Shown here in pieces: positions 51,302-64,000 of a stretch of 64,000 nt of DNA. Where the stretch lies: NCBI GenBank assembly GCA_951406725.2, contig OX597820.1, positions 17,608,001 to 17,672,000 of the forward strand, read 5' to 3'. Origin of the DNA: Octopus vulgaris (lineage: Eukaryota). Position numbers and translations under genes: made by a program. A model generated the notes under the pieces. That model had not been told where the DNA came from. It searched no databases and saw only the letters and a list, made by a program, of their open reading frames with translations. The first letter of the stretch is position 1, and every line of letters starts with the position of its first letter.

Positions 51302-54300
51302 ATTTTTATCTAGTTTCAGCTCACAAGCTGTGGCCATGCTGGGGCACCGCCACTTGGTGTTGCTACATGGTTTTACTTCACGAATGCTTTTTAGCAATTA
51401 CCATTTGGTGCATGAGAGAGTTCGATGCAGCTGCCCTCATCTGCACCTCCTGCCGTGAAGTTGGTTCATCTGGGACACCTGACAAGAAGAGATCCAGTTT
51501 TATTTTAAAGACATCTGCGTCCACCCCATGCAGGTCTCTTAGGTTCTTCGGGAGGATATTGAAGAGCTGTGGGCCTTGGAAGCCCAGGCTATCACAGTAT
51601 CTTGTCCTACATCTTGATGGCAAATTTGGAGTCCTTGGCACTATGCAGTGGCGCCCAGTTCTGGCATTTGTATAACTCTCGATGCCAAAGTTTGGGACAA
51701 GTCCTTCTAGGATCTTCCAGATGTATATATTATGGCATATCTTTCTCGCCTACGCTCTAAGGAATAGAGTCTCAATCTCTTGAGTCTTTCCCAATAGCTT
51801 ATATGCTGCACAGAGGCTATCTTCTTCGTGTAGCTTCGTTGGATCGCCTCAAGTTCTGTGATTAACTTGACACTGGATGGTGACCATAGCTGAGAGCAAT
51901 AGTCAAAGTGGCTTAGGACAAGTGTCCTCCAGAGGACCATCATGGTTTCCTGGTCTCTAGTTCTAAAGGTTCTAAGAATCCATCCGGTCATCCGCCTACA
52001 TTTCATTGCCAATTTAGCAACATGCACATGAAAGGTTGCATCATCACTCATGTAAATACCCAGGTCTCGCACTGATTGTGCCTCTGGGATTGCAATCCCT
52101 CTAGGTCCAGTGTATTTATTGGGTATTTGCATTTAGTTTTGCATGCTGATAGCATAAGGCTTGAAACGTTTCAGCATTGAACTGCATGCTATTCTTTTCA
52201 GCCCACTTGTATATTTTGTCCAGCTCACATTGCAGGTGCTTAGTGTCTTCAGGGTTCTGTATTGCCAGTGAAACTTTTGTATCATCTGCATAACTTGTGA
52301 TCGTGGCTCTCTGCGTGGCTGAGGGCATGTCTGAGAGGGACATTATGAACAGTAGTGGTCCCAAAACAGTGCCTTGCGGAACACCGCTCACTATTTGCGT
52401 GTTAATGGAAGTGGCTACTACCACCTGACTTCTATCCTTCAGAAAGTCATGAAGCCATTCTCCTAATTTTCCAACTATGCCAAGATCACGCAGTTTGTGA
52501 CATATCATTCCATGATCAACTTTATCAAAGGCTTTTGCAAAGTCGAGATATATGACTTCCACATTTGAGTGGTTGAGCAGTTGTTTCAGCACCCAGTCAT
52601 AGTGTTGTAGGAGCTGAGTTAAGCAGCTTCTTCCTGGTCGGAAACCATGTTGGGTGTCAGGCAGCAAGTCATTTTCTTCAAGGAAGGTGATTAGTTTCCT
52701 TCTGACTATTCGTTCCATGACCTTGCTGATGTGTGAGGTCAGAGAGATAGGTCTGTAGTTCTTGGCTTCCGCTCTGCTACCTCCTTTATGAATAGGGCAC
52801 CTTTTACCTTCCTTCAGTTTACTTGGAAGTTTCAAATCGCCTAAACAAACAAATTGAAAGCAGTGAAAAGTTCCGCCTGAAAATAAAACTGTTGGAAGTT
52901 GAAAAAGAATAGCATACCCTATTGATTTCACTACCCTAGCAGTGTGCGTCCTTTTCGAGAGGCCTATCCTCAGTGAAAATTCTAATGAGACGGCGTACTT
53001 TTCACTGATTTCAATTTGTTTGTTTAGGCGATTTGAAACTTTTGTACGCCGTCTCATTAGAATTTTCCTCTCTCTGGGGATTTTGCTCTTGTGTACAGTG
53101 GCCTTTCTCTCTGGGACACATTTGTAGTATATGGCTTGCATTACAGACATGAATTGTTGAAGTTTCATGTCGATGTCTGGCGAGGAGAGACATTCAGGCC
53201 AGTTTTGTTTGAGGATCTCTTTCTCAATTTGTTTACAGTTTGCCTTATGGAAGTTCTAGCTGGAAAGATTCTGAGAGTTTCTTGTAGGCTGCATGTCCAT
53301 GCTTTCCTTTGGCCCGTACATGGTCAGCTCTACCATGTTGTGATCCGAAAGTAGTGTCGGTGTCACTTTCACATTATGGATGAGATCCATATTATTTGTG
53401 AAGCAGAGATCCAGTATGTTACCTGCCCTGGTTGGTTGGAGTATTACTTGCTCCATGTACAGAGTGTTGATGAGGTTCAGGAGGGACCTCGCCTGTCCTC
53501 GTTCACATCGTGTCATTCCTGGGAGAGAAAGGTCCTCGGGCCATCTGACATTGGGTAGATTGAAGTCTCCCATAAGAAGTACACTTATGTGTTGTTCTAA
53601 TATGACTAGAACTTCTTCTATTCTTATAAGGCAGTCTTCAAACTTGCCTACATGGCTTGGGGCATCTGGAGGGCGATATGTAGCACATATAACTACACCA
53701 AGTTACCTTATATGTACAATTAGTGTGTCACACACCGAATTTGAGTATGACAAAAGGACCGGGTGTGAGGTCCTCACGGATGTACATAGCAACTCCTCCA
53801 TGACTCCTTTCTTTTCTGTCAGTCCGTAGTACAACATACTGTGGTATGTGTATTTCCGCATCTGCTATGTCCAGTTTCAGGTGTGTTTCCGTAAGTGCTA
53901 TGCATAAGGCTTGATTGCATGCAACAAAGTCTCTCAAGAACGGGATTTTTGTCCTGTTACTGAGTGTTAGCAGTCCTCTGATGTTCAGTAGGAGCATCGA
54001 GGTGATGTGTATGCTGTTGCCGGCGGTGTCGACCTTGGGTCTATTTGCTGTGGTGGTCTTGTGTATTGTGGATAGTCCCATCTGAGAGTTTGAGTTTGAT
54101 GGAGCCAGGTTAGCTGCTGTACAATCTTTTGTGCCATGCACAAAAAAGATTCTTGTTCAGCAGCTGCCCTTTCAATAACATGTTGGCGGTTTGTAGCACG
54201 CACCACATCTGCGTACCTCCGTTTTGGGGCAGGTGGTGCGTGGTCCATTCCTTTTCCTTTTGGTAGTTGGTTTCTGACCTGTTTCATGTTTATGTGGCAG

Positions 54301-54800
54301 GGTCTTTGATGTGCAAAACAGCAGCCTGCACCTTCCTCTCCATGCCAGCAGACACCTTTCAGGTAGAATTTACACATTCGTATGCGCTGTCTGTTTCTAT
54401 CCTTTTTGGTACATGGATAGTCAGGTTTGCTTCTATCCTTGGCTGTTTCATCTTTTGGTTTTGTTTGAATTTTAGTTTTTCCTTCTTTGGCTGTTTCATC
54501 TTTTGTTTTTCTTTTAGTTTTTCCTCCTTTTATATCTTTTTTGGCTCTTTCATCTCCATGGTTTTAGCTTTCGGTGCTGGTAGGAGCACTTGCACTTGGG
54601 TTTACTTCCCTGGCAGGTTTCTCACTTGAATCTTCTTTGTTTTTGTCCTGGGTGTCTACCAAGTGGGAAGTGACATCTTTCATCAGCACCCGCGCCTCCA
54701 TCCTTGCCATCTTTACTTTGTTCGTTGTCAAAGATGGCATCAAGCATGCCAATGTGAGATCTTATGAGTGCATAGTATATATGGTACGCAAATTCATTAT
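51302..54800 (-). mobile_element. Decayed CR1-group LINE (ORF1 with CCCH-like finger; ORF2 APE endonuclease + RT)
   Basis: APE: LLNIRGL, ALTETHL, DR...GGVAMY, YRPP, GDFN, LDL..TN, SDH. RT: NYRPISLTS, QHGFRPGRSC, YLDFAKAFDKV, GVPQGTVLGPLLF, YADD. C-terminal LEAIQR...YWERLK.L.LYSLERRR. Upstream CKFYLKGVCWHG...CCFAH. Multiple frameshifts; the 5' boundary is uncertain. Confidence 0.92.
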
Positions 54801-55404
54801 GTAAAAAATAGGCATTGGGTCAAGACTAAAATTGTGAAGACTTGACAATAACTTAGGCAATAACTCGAGCAAACTTTACTGTGAGTTTGTTGTTATAGGT
54901 AGATTTTACTGTAATATAGAACTAATTTTTGTATTATTCGATTTAATGTACTAACCAATTATGTACTACAATTATTTTTATAACCTATTTTCAAATTTCT
55001 GATTATTAATAAATGATTTTAAAAATCAATTATTTTAAAGTACAAAAAATATTCTGAGTTTTTTTTAAATTATTTTTGATAGAAATAACAAGTAATAACA
55101 AATAAATGTAATAACTTGTAATAAAATTTTTAATTTTAATAAAAGCTTATATTTTCTAAATCTAAATATTTTATTTGAAATTTTGTTCTTAGCAGAAATA
55201 TTTTAAGTAAAAAGTTTCTTGTTCTGTACTTTACCAGATGTAATAACTTGTCCTGAGCTTTTCCAAGTGTAATAACTTTCTCAGGTTTATAATCTTAGGA
55301 ATATTATTTCTCTTGCTCACATTTTCCCATGTAATATAAATATATATCGCTTTGTATGTATATTTCGTTCACATTTTAAAAGTATAAACGTTTAATAGAT
55401 ATGT

Positions 55405-55690
55405 GAATGGGCAAGGTCTAGTGGCTAGGGGTGTTGCACTCACGATTGTGGGTTCAATTCTCAGACCGAACGGTACGTTGCTTTCTTGAGCAAGACACTT
55501 AATTTCACATTGCTCCAGTTCACTCATCTGTCAATGAGTAACCTTGTGGCGGGAGGAGGTGGGGGAGGAATGTTGGCCTACCCGCTAGCCTTGACAGCAG
55601 GGTAGCATCATTCAAAAGCTAAAACGATACGAAGCGCATTGTGACCAGTGATATATGACAACATCCAATTATCTAATCGATACTGTGATA
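55405..55690 (+). mobile_element. Diverged tRNA-derived SINE (A/B-like head)
   Basis: ggtctagtgg...gggttcaattctc...cttgagcaagacactt.atttcac.ttgctccagttcactca, shared with families A and B. Confidence 0.7.
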
Positions 55691-55814
55691 TATATATATA
55701 CTGTGATAGATATATTTCAATTGCATTTAAATTGTATATATGTTAATAGATTTTAATTCCGATGGCATTTAAAATATACAAATATATTTATACAATAATT
55801 ACATTTCATGTAAG

Positions 55815-56160
55815 TGAAGGCGCATGGCTCAGTGGTTAGAGCGTCGAGCTTACGATCGTGAGGTTGTGAGCTCGAATCCCGGACCGGGCTGGGTGTTGTG
55901 TTCTTGAGCAAGGCACTTTATTTCACGTTGCTCCAGTTCACTCAGCTGCAGAAATGAGTTGCGACGTCACTGGTGCCAAGCTGTATCGACCTTTGTCTTT
56001 CCCTTGGAATAACATCAGTGGCGTGGAGAGGGGAGGCTGGTATGTATGAGCGACTGCTGGTCTTCCATAAACAACCTTGCCCGGACTTGTGTCTAGGAGG
56101 GTAACTTTCTAGGTGCAATCCCATGGTCATTCATGACCGAAGGGGGTCTTTACCCCTTAC
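55815..56160 (+). mobile_element. tRNA-derived SINE (family B)
   Basis: A box TGGCTCAGTGG, B box GAGCTCGAATCC. Second copy at 45765..46102. Confidence 0.9.
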
Positions 56161-56532
56161 AATTCATGTTTAATGAATTCGCACTGAAATAACAGTTTCA
56201 AATAATAACAAAGTAAAACAAACTAATGCTTCTAAATGCAAGCAAAACAAAAAGATATTTGCACTCTTCGACTACAAGTGAAACATAGTTACAGGAAAAA
56301 ATTACAGCATTAGTAAATCCGCTAATCTAAATCACTTTTACATTAAAAACAAAAACAAAAAGCTGATTTTATTTTTAAAAAGTTGCACACTCAGACTGTT
56401 TGATGTTCAAAGTGCTTTCTATAAAAAGGTACCATAAAAATGTTAGGAGATATTTAAACATCCAATTTATAATTTTACATTTCGAGATTGGTTTACAGCT
56501 GTGACTGTTACAATGTTTAATACTATAAATAT

Positions 56533-56870
56533 ACTAGGTGCATTCCAAAAGTTTATAGACGTTTTTTAGGAGAGGCAATTATAACTGTCTGGATTATCGT
56601 AATTTTAATATATCATTACTATATGTCTATTAAGCTAACTAACGAATTTTTTCTTTCTTTTTTTTTCTCTTTGATTCCAGATTGAAATAGACGTTTGTAA
56701 CAGCATTCTGAACAGGACCTACTAAACACTGCTTGCCATAGATTTTCATAGGTTTGCAGAATGCATTCGGTACGTGAAGACGACTTGGAAACAGGCTATG
56801 CAATACAGTTTTCTGTTTTAAATTAGGTAAAAACGCCAGAGAAATTTGTGAAATGTTACAGGCTGCTTAT
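56533..56870 (+). mobile_element. Decayed mariner 5' fragment
   Basis: TIR-like tactaggtgcattccaaaagtttatagac. Frameshifted N-terminus ...YAIQF/CFKLGKNAREICEMLQAAY. Confidence 0.55.
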
Positions 56871-58023
56871 TGAAGCAAAATACATACATGCATACATGAT
56901 ACACACATGCATACACAAACGTGTGTACACACATACACACACGTGTGCACACACATACACACATGTGTGCACACACATACAGACACACACACATGTTGGA
57001 GCGCTGAAATCTACAATTTTTTTCATTCCCTTGTTGTTTATTTTCTCTTATTCCTTACTGTTGATGAGCGTAAGCTGGAAATGTAAAAGACCTTTTCATT
57101 TTTCCGAGCCTCAAACTAATACACTTGCTTGTTGTTCATACACCTGTCCTCGTCTTTTATTTCTCTATAAATTTCAACTATATCTATGTGTGTGTGTATG
57201 TGTGTGTGTGTGTGTGTGTGTGTACTTTATTTCTCGGTTAACAAGGACACCAATGGTTTCATGCGAAAAGATTTTCACAATTATTCAAGCATGCCACATG
57301 GAAGTGTCGGTACATGTCTCCATTTTGGATGAGAGCACACAGAGTAAATACGCGTCTGTGTGTATGTGTGTGTGCGTGTCTGTATGTGTGGAGGGTGTGT
57401 ATGTGTGTATATAACGGGTTTCATATTATTAAACAGTAGTTTCTTTTTAGGGAGATTTGGCAGCTATTTCTAACAGATAGAGTAACGGGGTAGAACCTCT
57501 CCCATTAACATTGTAGATGTGTGTGTAATAACACACATATTGAGAAAGCTGCGCTTGCTGAATCTCCTGCTATACAAGTATTTCATTATGCCTCACAGAA
57601 GCACTATTCTAAACATATTAGAAGAAACGATTTCTAACGTGGAAATTATTCCTATTGTTGGTGCAGCATGTACAACTGTTATTGTTGCTGCTGTTATTAT
57701 TGTTTTGACAGTTCAATTCGTAATCCTGTTTTCATATTTATTAATCCATTTGAACTTCCTTCAAAATTGTTACGTTGCGTGTTCTTTCTCCTCGAGAATT
57801 CTTGTAAAGCAAAATAATATGCTATTATTTTTACACGTCAGTTTATGGCGTCAAACTAATTCTTTGATTTGTGTCGGTTAACTTTGATTTTAAGTAGCAT
57901 AGTTTTCATTGTATTTTTAATAGACAAACAGCTAGATGGATAAATAGATAGTTAGTCATACTTATAGTATATATGTATATACAATATATATATATGTGTG
58001 TGTGTGTTTATGTATATATGCAT

Positions 58024-58058
<35 letters not shown>

Positions 58059-58298
58059 GGGGGGGAGTTCACGAAAAAAACAAAAGACGAAGATAGGTGG
58101 TGTACAAAACAAACAGATGTATTAGTATATAATGCTGAGGAATTGAAAAAGTCTTTTACGTTTCAAGCCTACGCTCTTCTACAGAAAGGGACACAGAAAA
58201 AAATAAGGAGGGAAACAAGGAGAGAAAACAATGTGTGTGTGTAGTGGCTACCGATCTATCATGGTGACTATATATACATACATACATACATACATACA

Positions 58299-58403
<105 letters not shown>

Positions 58404-59069
58404 GAACAACTGGCAACTAAAAAATGCAGTCAACTTTCAACCTAATATATTCGTGTTACTCTGAAAGTTGGTGATGTATAAAAGAAAAATTCTTTCAGTT
58501 CTTTAAGGAAAACTTTATTTATAATAATCACTTTCTATATAACAGTGTGTTTTACACGTATGATACTAACATGGTATTTAACACGAAAAATATCACATGG
58601 TTTTTAATACGGAAATAGACGAGTCTATCAAATGTTTTAGGCATAATTGAATAAACGAATGTATAACGCATTTTTGAAGTTATTTTGCCCAAATTTTGAT
58701 GGTTAATCATTTGTTAATATGTTTATGAAAAATTTTGTTCATATATTCTTACGGTGCATCTCTTTATACATTAGAACAATTAGCAACGTAAATCTCAGGT
58801 TACGATTCCAGAAGCTTCAGTTTCCCAATTAAATATGCAATGTTTATTTCATGTATTAATATTTCGTTTTCCTTCGGTTGTAAACACAAATGTCCACTAA
58901 TCCACGTCTATTTGTGTGTGTGTGTGTGCGTCTGTGCGTACTATTCGTGACAGGATGTCAATGAATTTTCCGTCAAATCGCTAAGCAAGTAGTATATGTA
59001 TACCAGTGTAAGTATGTGTTCGTGTGTCGTTGTATATTCATGTCTAATGCGTGTTTTAGTATCAGTATA

Positions 59070-59465
59070 TCTTTATATATAAAAGAGAAGTTGTGTGTCT
59101 GTCTCCTACGATTTAGATTCCTAACTACTCCCACATTTTGCGGTGCAGTTTAACCAAAACCGGGTATCTTATAGTCGTGATTCATATCGAACCCTTCTGG
59201 GTATTAGCGCGCGTCTACGATGAGTCTACGATTTTAAAAAAATTTACCATCATTTTTTTCCATTTTAATGCATTTTTTTCGCTATTATATAAGGGAAGTA
59301 ACTCTCTAAAAATGTCTACGATGAGTCAACGATTTTTAAAAAAATTTACCATCATTTTTTTCCATTTTTAATGCATTTTTTGCTATTTTTTGGCTATAAC
59401 TCTCTAAAAATGCTTATATGGTTATTTCCCTTACAAACCCGAGCAACGCCGGGCGATACTGCTAG
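59070..59465 (+). mobile_element. Non-autonomous Helitron
   Basis: 5' TC (a|TCTTTATATATAAAAG), subterminal GC hairpin CCCG(a)GC-aac-GCCGGG at 59438..59453, 3' CTAG|t, no TSD, internal ~70-bp direct repeat. Confidence 0.88.
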
Positions 59466-59504
59466 TAATATATATATATATTTACTATATTTATATATAT
59501 ATAT

Positions 59505-59908
59505 ATTACTCTTTTACTTGTTTCAGTCATTTGACTGTGGCCATACTCGAGCACCGCCTTTAGTCGAGCAAATCGACTCCAAGACTTATTCTTTGTAAGC
59601 CTAGCACTTATTCTATCGGTCTCTTTTGCCGAACCGCTAAGTTACGGGGACGTAACACACCAGCATCGGTTGTCAAGCGATGTTGGGGGGACAAACACAG
59701 ACACACAAACGTATATATATATATATACATACATACATATATACGACGGGCTTCTTTCAGTTTCCGTCTACCAAATCCACTCAGAAGGCTTTGGTCGGCC
59801 CGAGACTATAGTGGAAGTCACTTGCCCGCGGTGCGACGCAGTGGGACTGATACTGGAACCATGTGGTTGGTAAGCAAGGTACTTACCACACAGCCACTCC
59901 TACACCTA
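59505..59908 (-). mobile_element. SINE family E, full length
   Basis: Matches 18098..18470 and 61927..62345. Confidence 0.9.
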
Positions 59909-60404
59909 TAATATATATATATATACATACATATACATATATATGTATGTATGCATGTATGTATGTATGTATATATGTATGTATGTATGTATATATGTAT
60001 GTATGTTTGTGTGTGTATGTGTGTGTGTGAATAATTTCTCAAATCAACTCACCAGCACATAAAATTAGCAAACAATTGGATAACATTGTTAAGTAGTATA
60101 CAACGATAGTAAAATTCTGTTAAGTGGAATTCAACGAAGCGTGCATTGTAATATATTGACTGCGTGATGTTTGGGAGTAACAGTCAAAGTAGACAGCATT
60201 TTCGTATCTTGAATTCGAAAAGTCGCTTTCACTAATATCTTCGTAAAGGGAATGATTCTAGTAATATTAGAAACTGCCTGGAAATTTCCACTATTTAAAT
60301 CACCCAGAACAAAGAAGCCAGTTTCTATATGATAGAATATAGAGAAATTTCTTTTTGGATAATATGGTTTAAAATTTTGTGCATAACCAGTAATGTTTAA
60401 CAGA

Positions 60405-60586
60405 AGAGGCTTAGTCGAATGCATCGGTTCTAGTACTTAACTGGTACTCACTTTATCGCCCACACTCCCAAAAAGATTAAAGGCAAAGTTGATTTCGGCG
60501 AAATTTGAATTTATAGCGTAAAACCGGAAGATGCGCCATTACGCATTTTGTTCATCGCGCTAACAATTCTGTTAGCTCACCACCTT
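60405..60586 (-). mobile_element. Diverged SINE family D
   Basis: aaggtggtgagct.acagaa head and aaaggcaaagt.ga body. Confidence 0.7.
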
Positions 60587-61926
60587 TCCAACACGGGATA
60601 ATGTAGCCCTATGCGCACCATATCTGAACAATAAGACATGTACTGAATTATGGTTGAAAAAGTTCACTGTAGGTCTGCTTGACCAGGGCTGGCCACGACT
60701 ACACAAAATCAACAACAAGCAATTTACGTTAATAGGAAACTGTTGTTGTGATACTATAAAGTCTGTGTTCTTTCAGCTGTCCACAGAACAATTTACGCAT
60801 TCAGAGCAGAAAGCGACAATATATATTCAGTACATGTTATGTTTATAACACTATATACAGAAACTGCCAAAAATAAAATAATGCTAAAATATGAAACAAT
60901 AATTTAGATTTCTTGCATGACATTTATGATATTTATTGTGACAGATTCATAGGAAAAGTTGGCAAAGTAAAAGACTTTTATATCCAACATATAAGTTTGC
61001 TAAAACTGCAAACAAGTTAGCAGTCACTTTTCTAGAAGTAAATATAAGGATTTTCGATGGCACATATTTTATAACAGTATACACTAGAAAACTCAACACA
61101 TTTCTATATGTGAAGGAAGACAGGAATGTCTAATATATATAATACATCAGTTATATGATTCCTACTCAGAATAGCCTTTAGATTCTTCTTCACAAAAGAA
61201 GAAATACAATATAATAATTTATAATACAGCGAGCGTTAGTCAATAACGGCTATAAATAATTTAAGAGAGCGAACTATACAACAATGCAGGGAAACGCTCA
61301 ACATAATATATAGAACAGGTATAACACCAAGTAAAAATAGACTCACTCGTAAATTATATTGCTTAAACTGAATGCACCCGGGTTAGTGCAATGGGTGAGC
61401 GTGTTATGAAAAAGAAACTCATTAAACATGCATCACTCATTCATAAACTATAATTACTAGTTTATCGTTGAAAAAAGAAAGAGAAAGACCCTCCTTGTTG
61501 ACGACAATCCAAAGGATTGGAAATTACTGAATATACTCCAGATGGTTAATACAGGTCACGGATTCATATGAATGAGAACATTAGACTTACAACATTATGA
61601 CTTTGGTCGTCGCTTAGGCGTAAATGCACTTGGACTTACATTTTCTCGACTGCTGAGCAACACGGCACCTAATTTATAGGTACCACACAACACGATACCT
61701 GTAAATCAGAAGAGATTTTTAAAGTCTTCAAAAAGAATTCGCTTATGTCTCTAATTCCTTCTTTTGTTTATCTTGCTCTTACAACCAACAATGAAGCTGA
61801 GGAATATATGTTCTTTGTGGCTGTTGAAATTCTTGTTAAAAATGTTCCTTTAGTTGACTTCTCTTCTTGACTATTATCCTGCTAAATGTCTGTGTTTTGA
61901 GGATCTCCATTTTGTTCTTATAATTG

Positions 61927-62345
61927 TTACTCTTTTACTCTTTTACTCTTTTACTTGTTTCAGTCATTTGACTGCGGCCATGCTGGAGCACCGCCTTTAA
62001 TACAGCAACTCGACCCCGGGACTTATTCTTTGTAAGCCTAGTACTTCTTCTATCGGTCTCTTTTTGCCGAATCGCTAAGTGACGGGGACATAAACACACC
62101 AGCATCGGTTGTCAAGCAATGCTAGGGGGACAAACACAGACACACAAACACACACACATACACATATATATACATATATACGGCGGGCTTCTTTCAGTTT
62201 CCGTCTATCAAATCCACTCACAAGGCTTTGGTCGGCCCGAGGCTATAGTAGAAGACACTTGCCCAAGGTGCCACGCAGTGGGACTGAACCCGGAACCATG
62301 TGGTTGGTAAACAAGCTACTTACCACACAGCCACTCCTGCGCCTG
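61927..62345 (-). mobile_element. SINE family E, full length, with (AGTAAAAG)n tail
   Basis: Family match; ttactctt repeated three times at the 3' end. Confidence 0.9.
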
Positions 62346-62733
62346 TTGAATATTATTCTTTTCTATTTTACCCCTTATCTTCGATCTGTGTTTCTATTAT
62401 TGTCGCTACCATTGCCAGATTTGTTCTGAGAATTTTACTCTTCCAAAATCTTTGTAGATCCCGGGCATTACCTATTTTCCTTCTCACAATTTTCTTTATT
62501 TATTCGGAGAGTTCGTTGTTCTTATCGCCGTGCCGTTTGGATATCTACCATGCTTTCCTTGTCCCACTTTGGCTGTTGCAAGCAACAAGAATCTAGGAAT
62601 CTATTCTCTGTATCTCCACAGCTTTTCCTATCTGAAATATAACGGCTCTCTCCTAGATTCTCAGATAATAATGTTGAACATTTAAACACCAATTCTCCGA
62701 ATCAGGACAGAGATATCACTATTATCTACCGAC

Positions 62734-64000
62734 TAAACATTAGTAGCAATCTGTCGTATATGTGTGTTTCTATGCATGAGTGCGTCTTTGTGTCATTGTT
62801 TGTTCCTCCTACCGCTTGGTAACCACTGTTCGTGAGTTTACGTCCACCTAACTTAGCGGTTCAGTAAAAGGGACCGATAGGATAAGCACCACACTTAAGA
62901 AAATAAGTAGTTGGGTTCATTCAATCTACTTGAATTTCTTCAAGATTATGCTCCAGTATGGCTGCAGTCTACTAACTGAACAAGTAAAAGAGAAAGGATA
63001 TATACGTCTGAGTGTGGGTGGGGGTGCATGCGTGCGCGCGCGTGTGTGTACGTGCGTGTGCGTGTGTGTGTGTGCGCGTGTGCGTAGTGTATGTGCGCGC
63101 GTGCGTGTGTGTACGCGTGCCTGTGTGTGTGTGCGTACGTCTATGCGCGCGTGTGTGTATGCGTGCGTGTGTGCGTACGTGTGTGTGTGTGTGCTTGCCT
63201 GTGTGTGCGTGTGTGTGCGTATGTGTGTGTGCGTGCGCGTGTGTGCGTCTGTAAGTGTGTATGTGTGTGGTGACAATGGCTTCGATGTTTCACCCTGTTA
63301 ACCGTCATCGGGCTGTTCGAAATTTCAAAGTCATTACCGCTCAACACTCTTCTTGTAAAAGTATATTAAATATGTACATATTTATTGAGTTATCCTTCAG
63401 TTTAACGTAAAATTATTATTATAATTTGACGTGTGGTGACGCAATGGCCCAGCGGTTAGGGCAGCGGACTCGCGGTCGTAGGATCGCGGTTTCGATTCCC
63501 AGACCGGGCGTTGTGAGTGTTTATTGAGCAAAAACACCTAAAGCTCCACGAGGCTCCGGCAGCGGGTGATGGCGAACCCTGCTGTACTCTTTCACCACAA
63601 CTTTCTCTCACATTTTCTTCCAGTTTTTGTTGTACCTGTATTTCAAAGGGCCAGCCTTGCCACACTCTGTGTCACACTGAATCTCCCCGAGAACTACCTT
63701 AAGGGTACACGTGTCAGTGAAGCACTCAGCCACTTGCACGTTAATCCCACGAGCAGGCTGTTCCGTTGATCGGATCAACTGGAACCCTCGTCGTCGTAAC
63801 CGACGGTGTACCACGACATAAATATTAGTAGCAATCTGTCGTATGTGTGTGTTTCTATGCATGAGTGCGTCTTTGTGTCACTGTTTGTTCCTCCTACCGC
63901 TTGGCAACCAGTGTTCGTGAGTTTACGTCCACCTAACTTAGCGGTTCAGTAAAAGGGACCGATAGGATAAGCACCACACTTAAGAAAATAAGTAGTTGGG
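62734..64000 (+). repeat. Local direct duplication (offset 1085 bp)
   Basis: 62734..62915 is nearly identical to 63819..64000 and runs off the window end. Confidence 0.85.
63432..63817 (+). mobile_element. tRNA-derived SINE (family C)
   Basis: A box TGGCCCAGCGG, B box GGTTTCGATTCC. Confidence 0.85.

Noticed and set aside
61950-61997. SINE E / LINE tail (stem followed by GAAAC..GTA) as a hammerhead
   Set aside because: There is no CUGANGA-like strand before the stem. It is better explained as a LINE-type 3' recognition structure.

Overview
Eukaryotic, gene-poor, very AT-rich DNA dense in microsatellites. The SINE families and repeat landscape look like a cephalopod (Octopus-like) genome; this is an inference. 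I could not support any host protein-coding exon, and most ORFs in the track are translations of (TA)n, (CATA)n, (GATA)n or (TTA)n. The window is a patchwork of mobile elements. There are at least four Penelope-like elements (PLEs), including a near-complete ~8.2 kb Naiad-type element with an inverted plus direct pLTR, an Asn-rich insert and a ~4 kb repeated 3' region. Also present: a decayed CR1-group LINE, two copies of an L1/Tx1-type LINE embedded in (TATC)n, an R4/Dong-like stub in (TAA)n, a full-length decayed mariner and several Tc1/mariner fragments, a hAT MITE, a non-autonomous Helitron, and about 25 tRNA-derived SINE copies or fragments from five families. The strongest hidden signal is RNA structure. 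About 15 minimal type I hammerhead ribozyme or hammerhead-like motifs from several unrelated families occur, mostly near fold-back hairpins or (TA)n tracts. One family has a compensatory U3-A8 core. A covarying 3' stem-loop is shared between LINEs and a SINE, and a fixed-spacing CRE/CCAAT array lies downstream of a PLE ORF.
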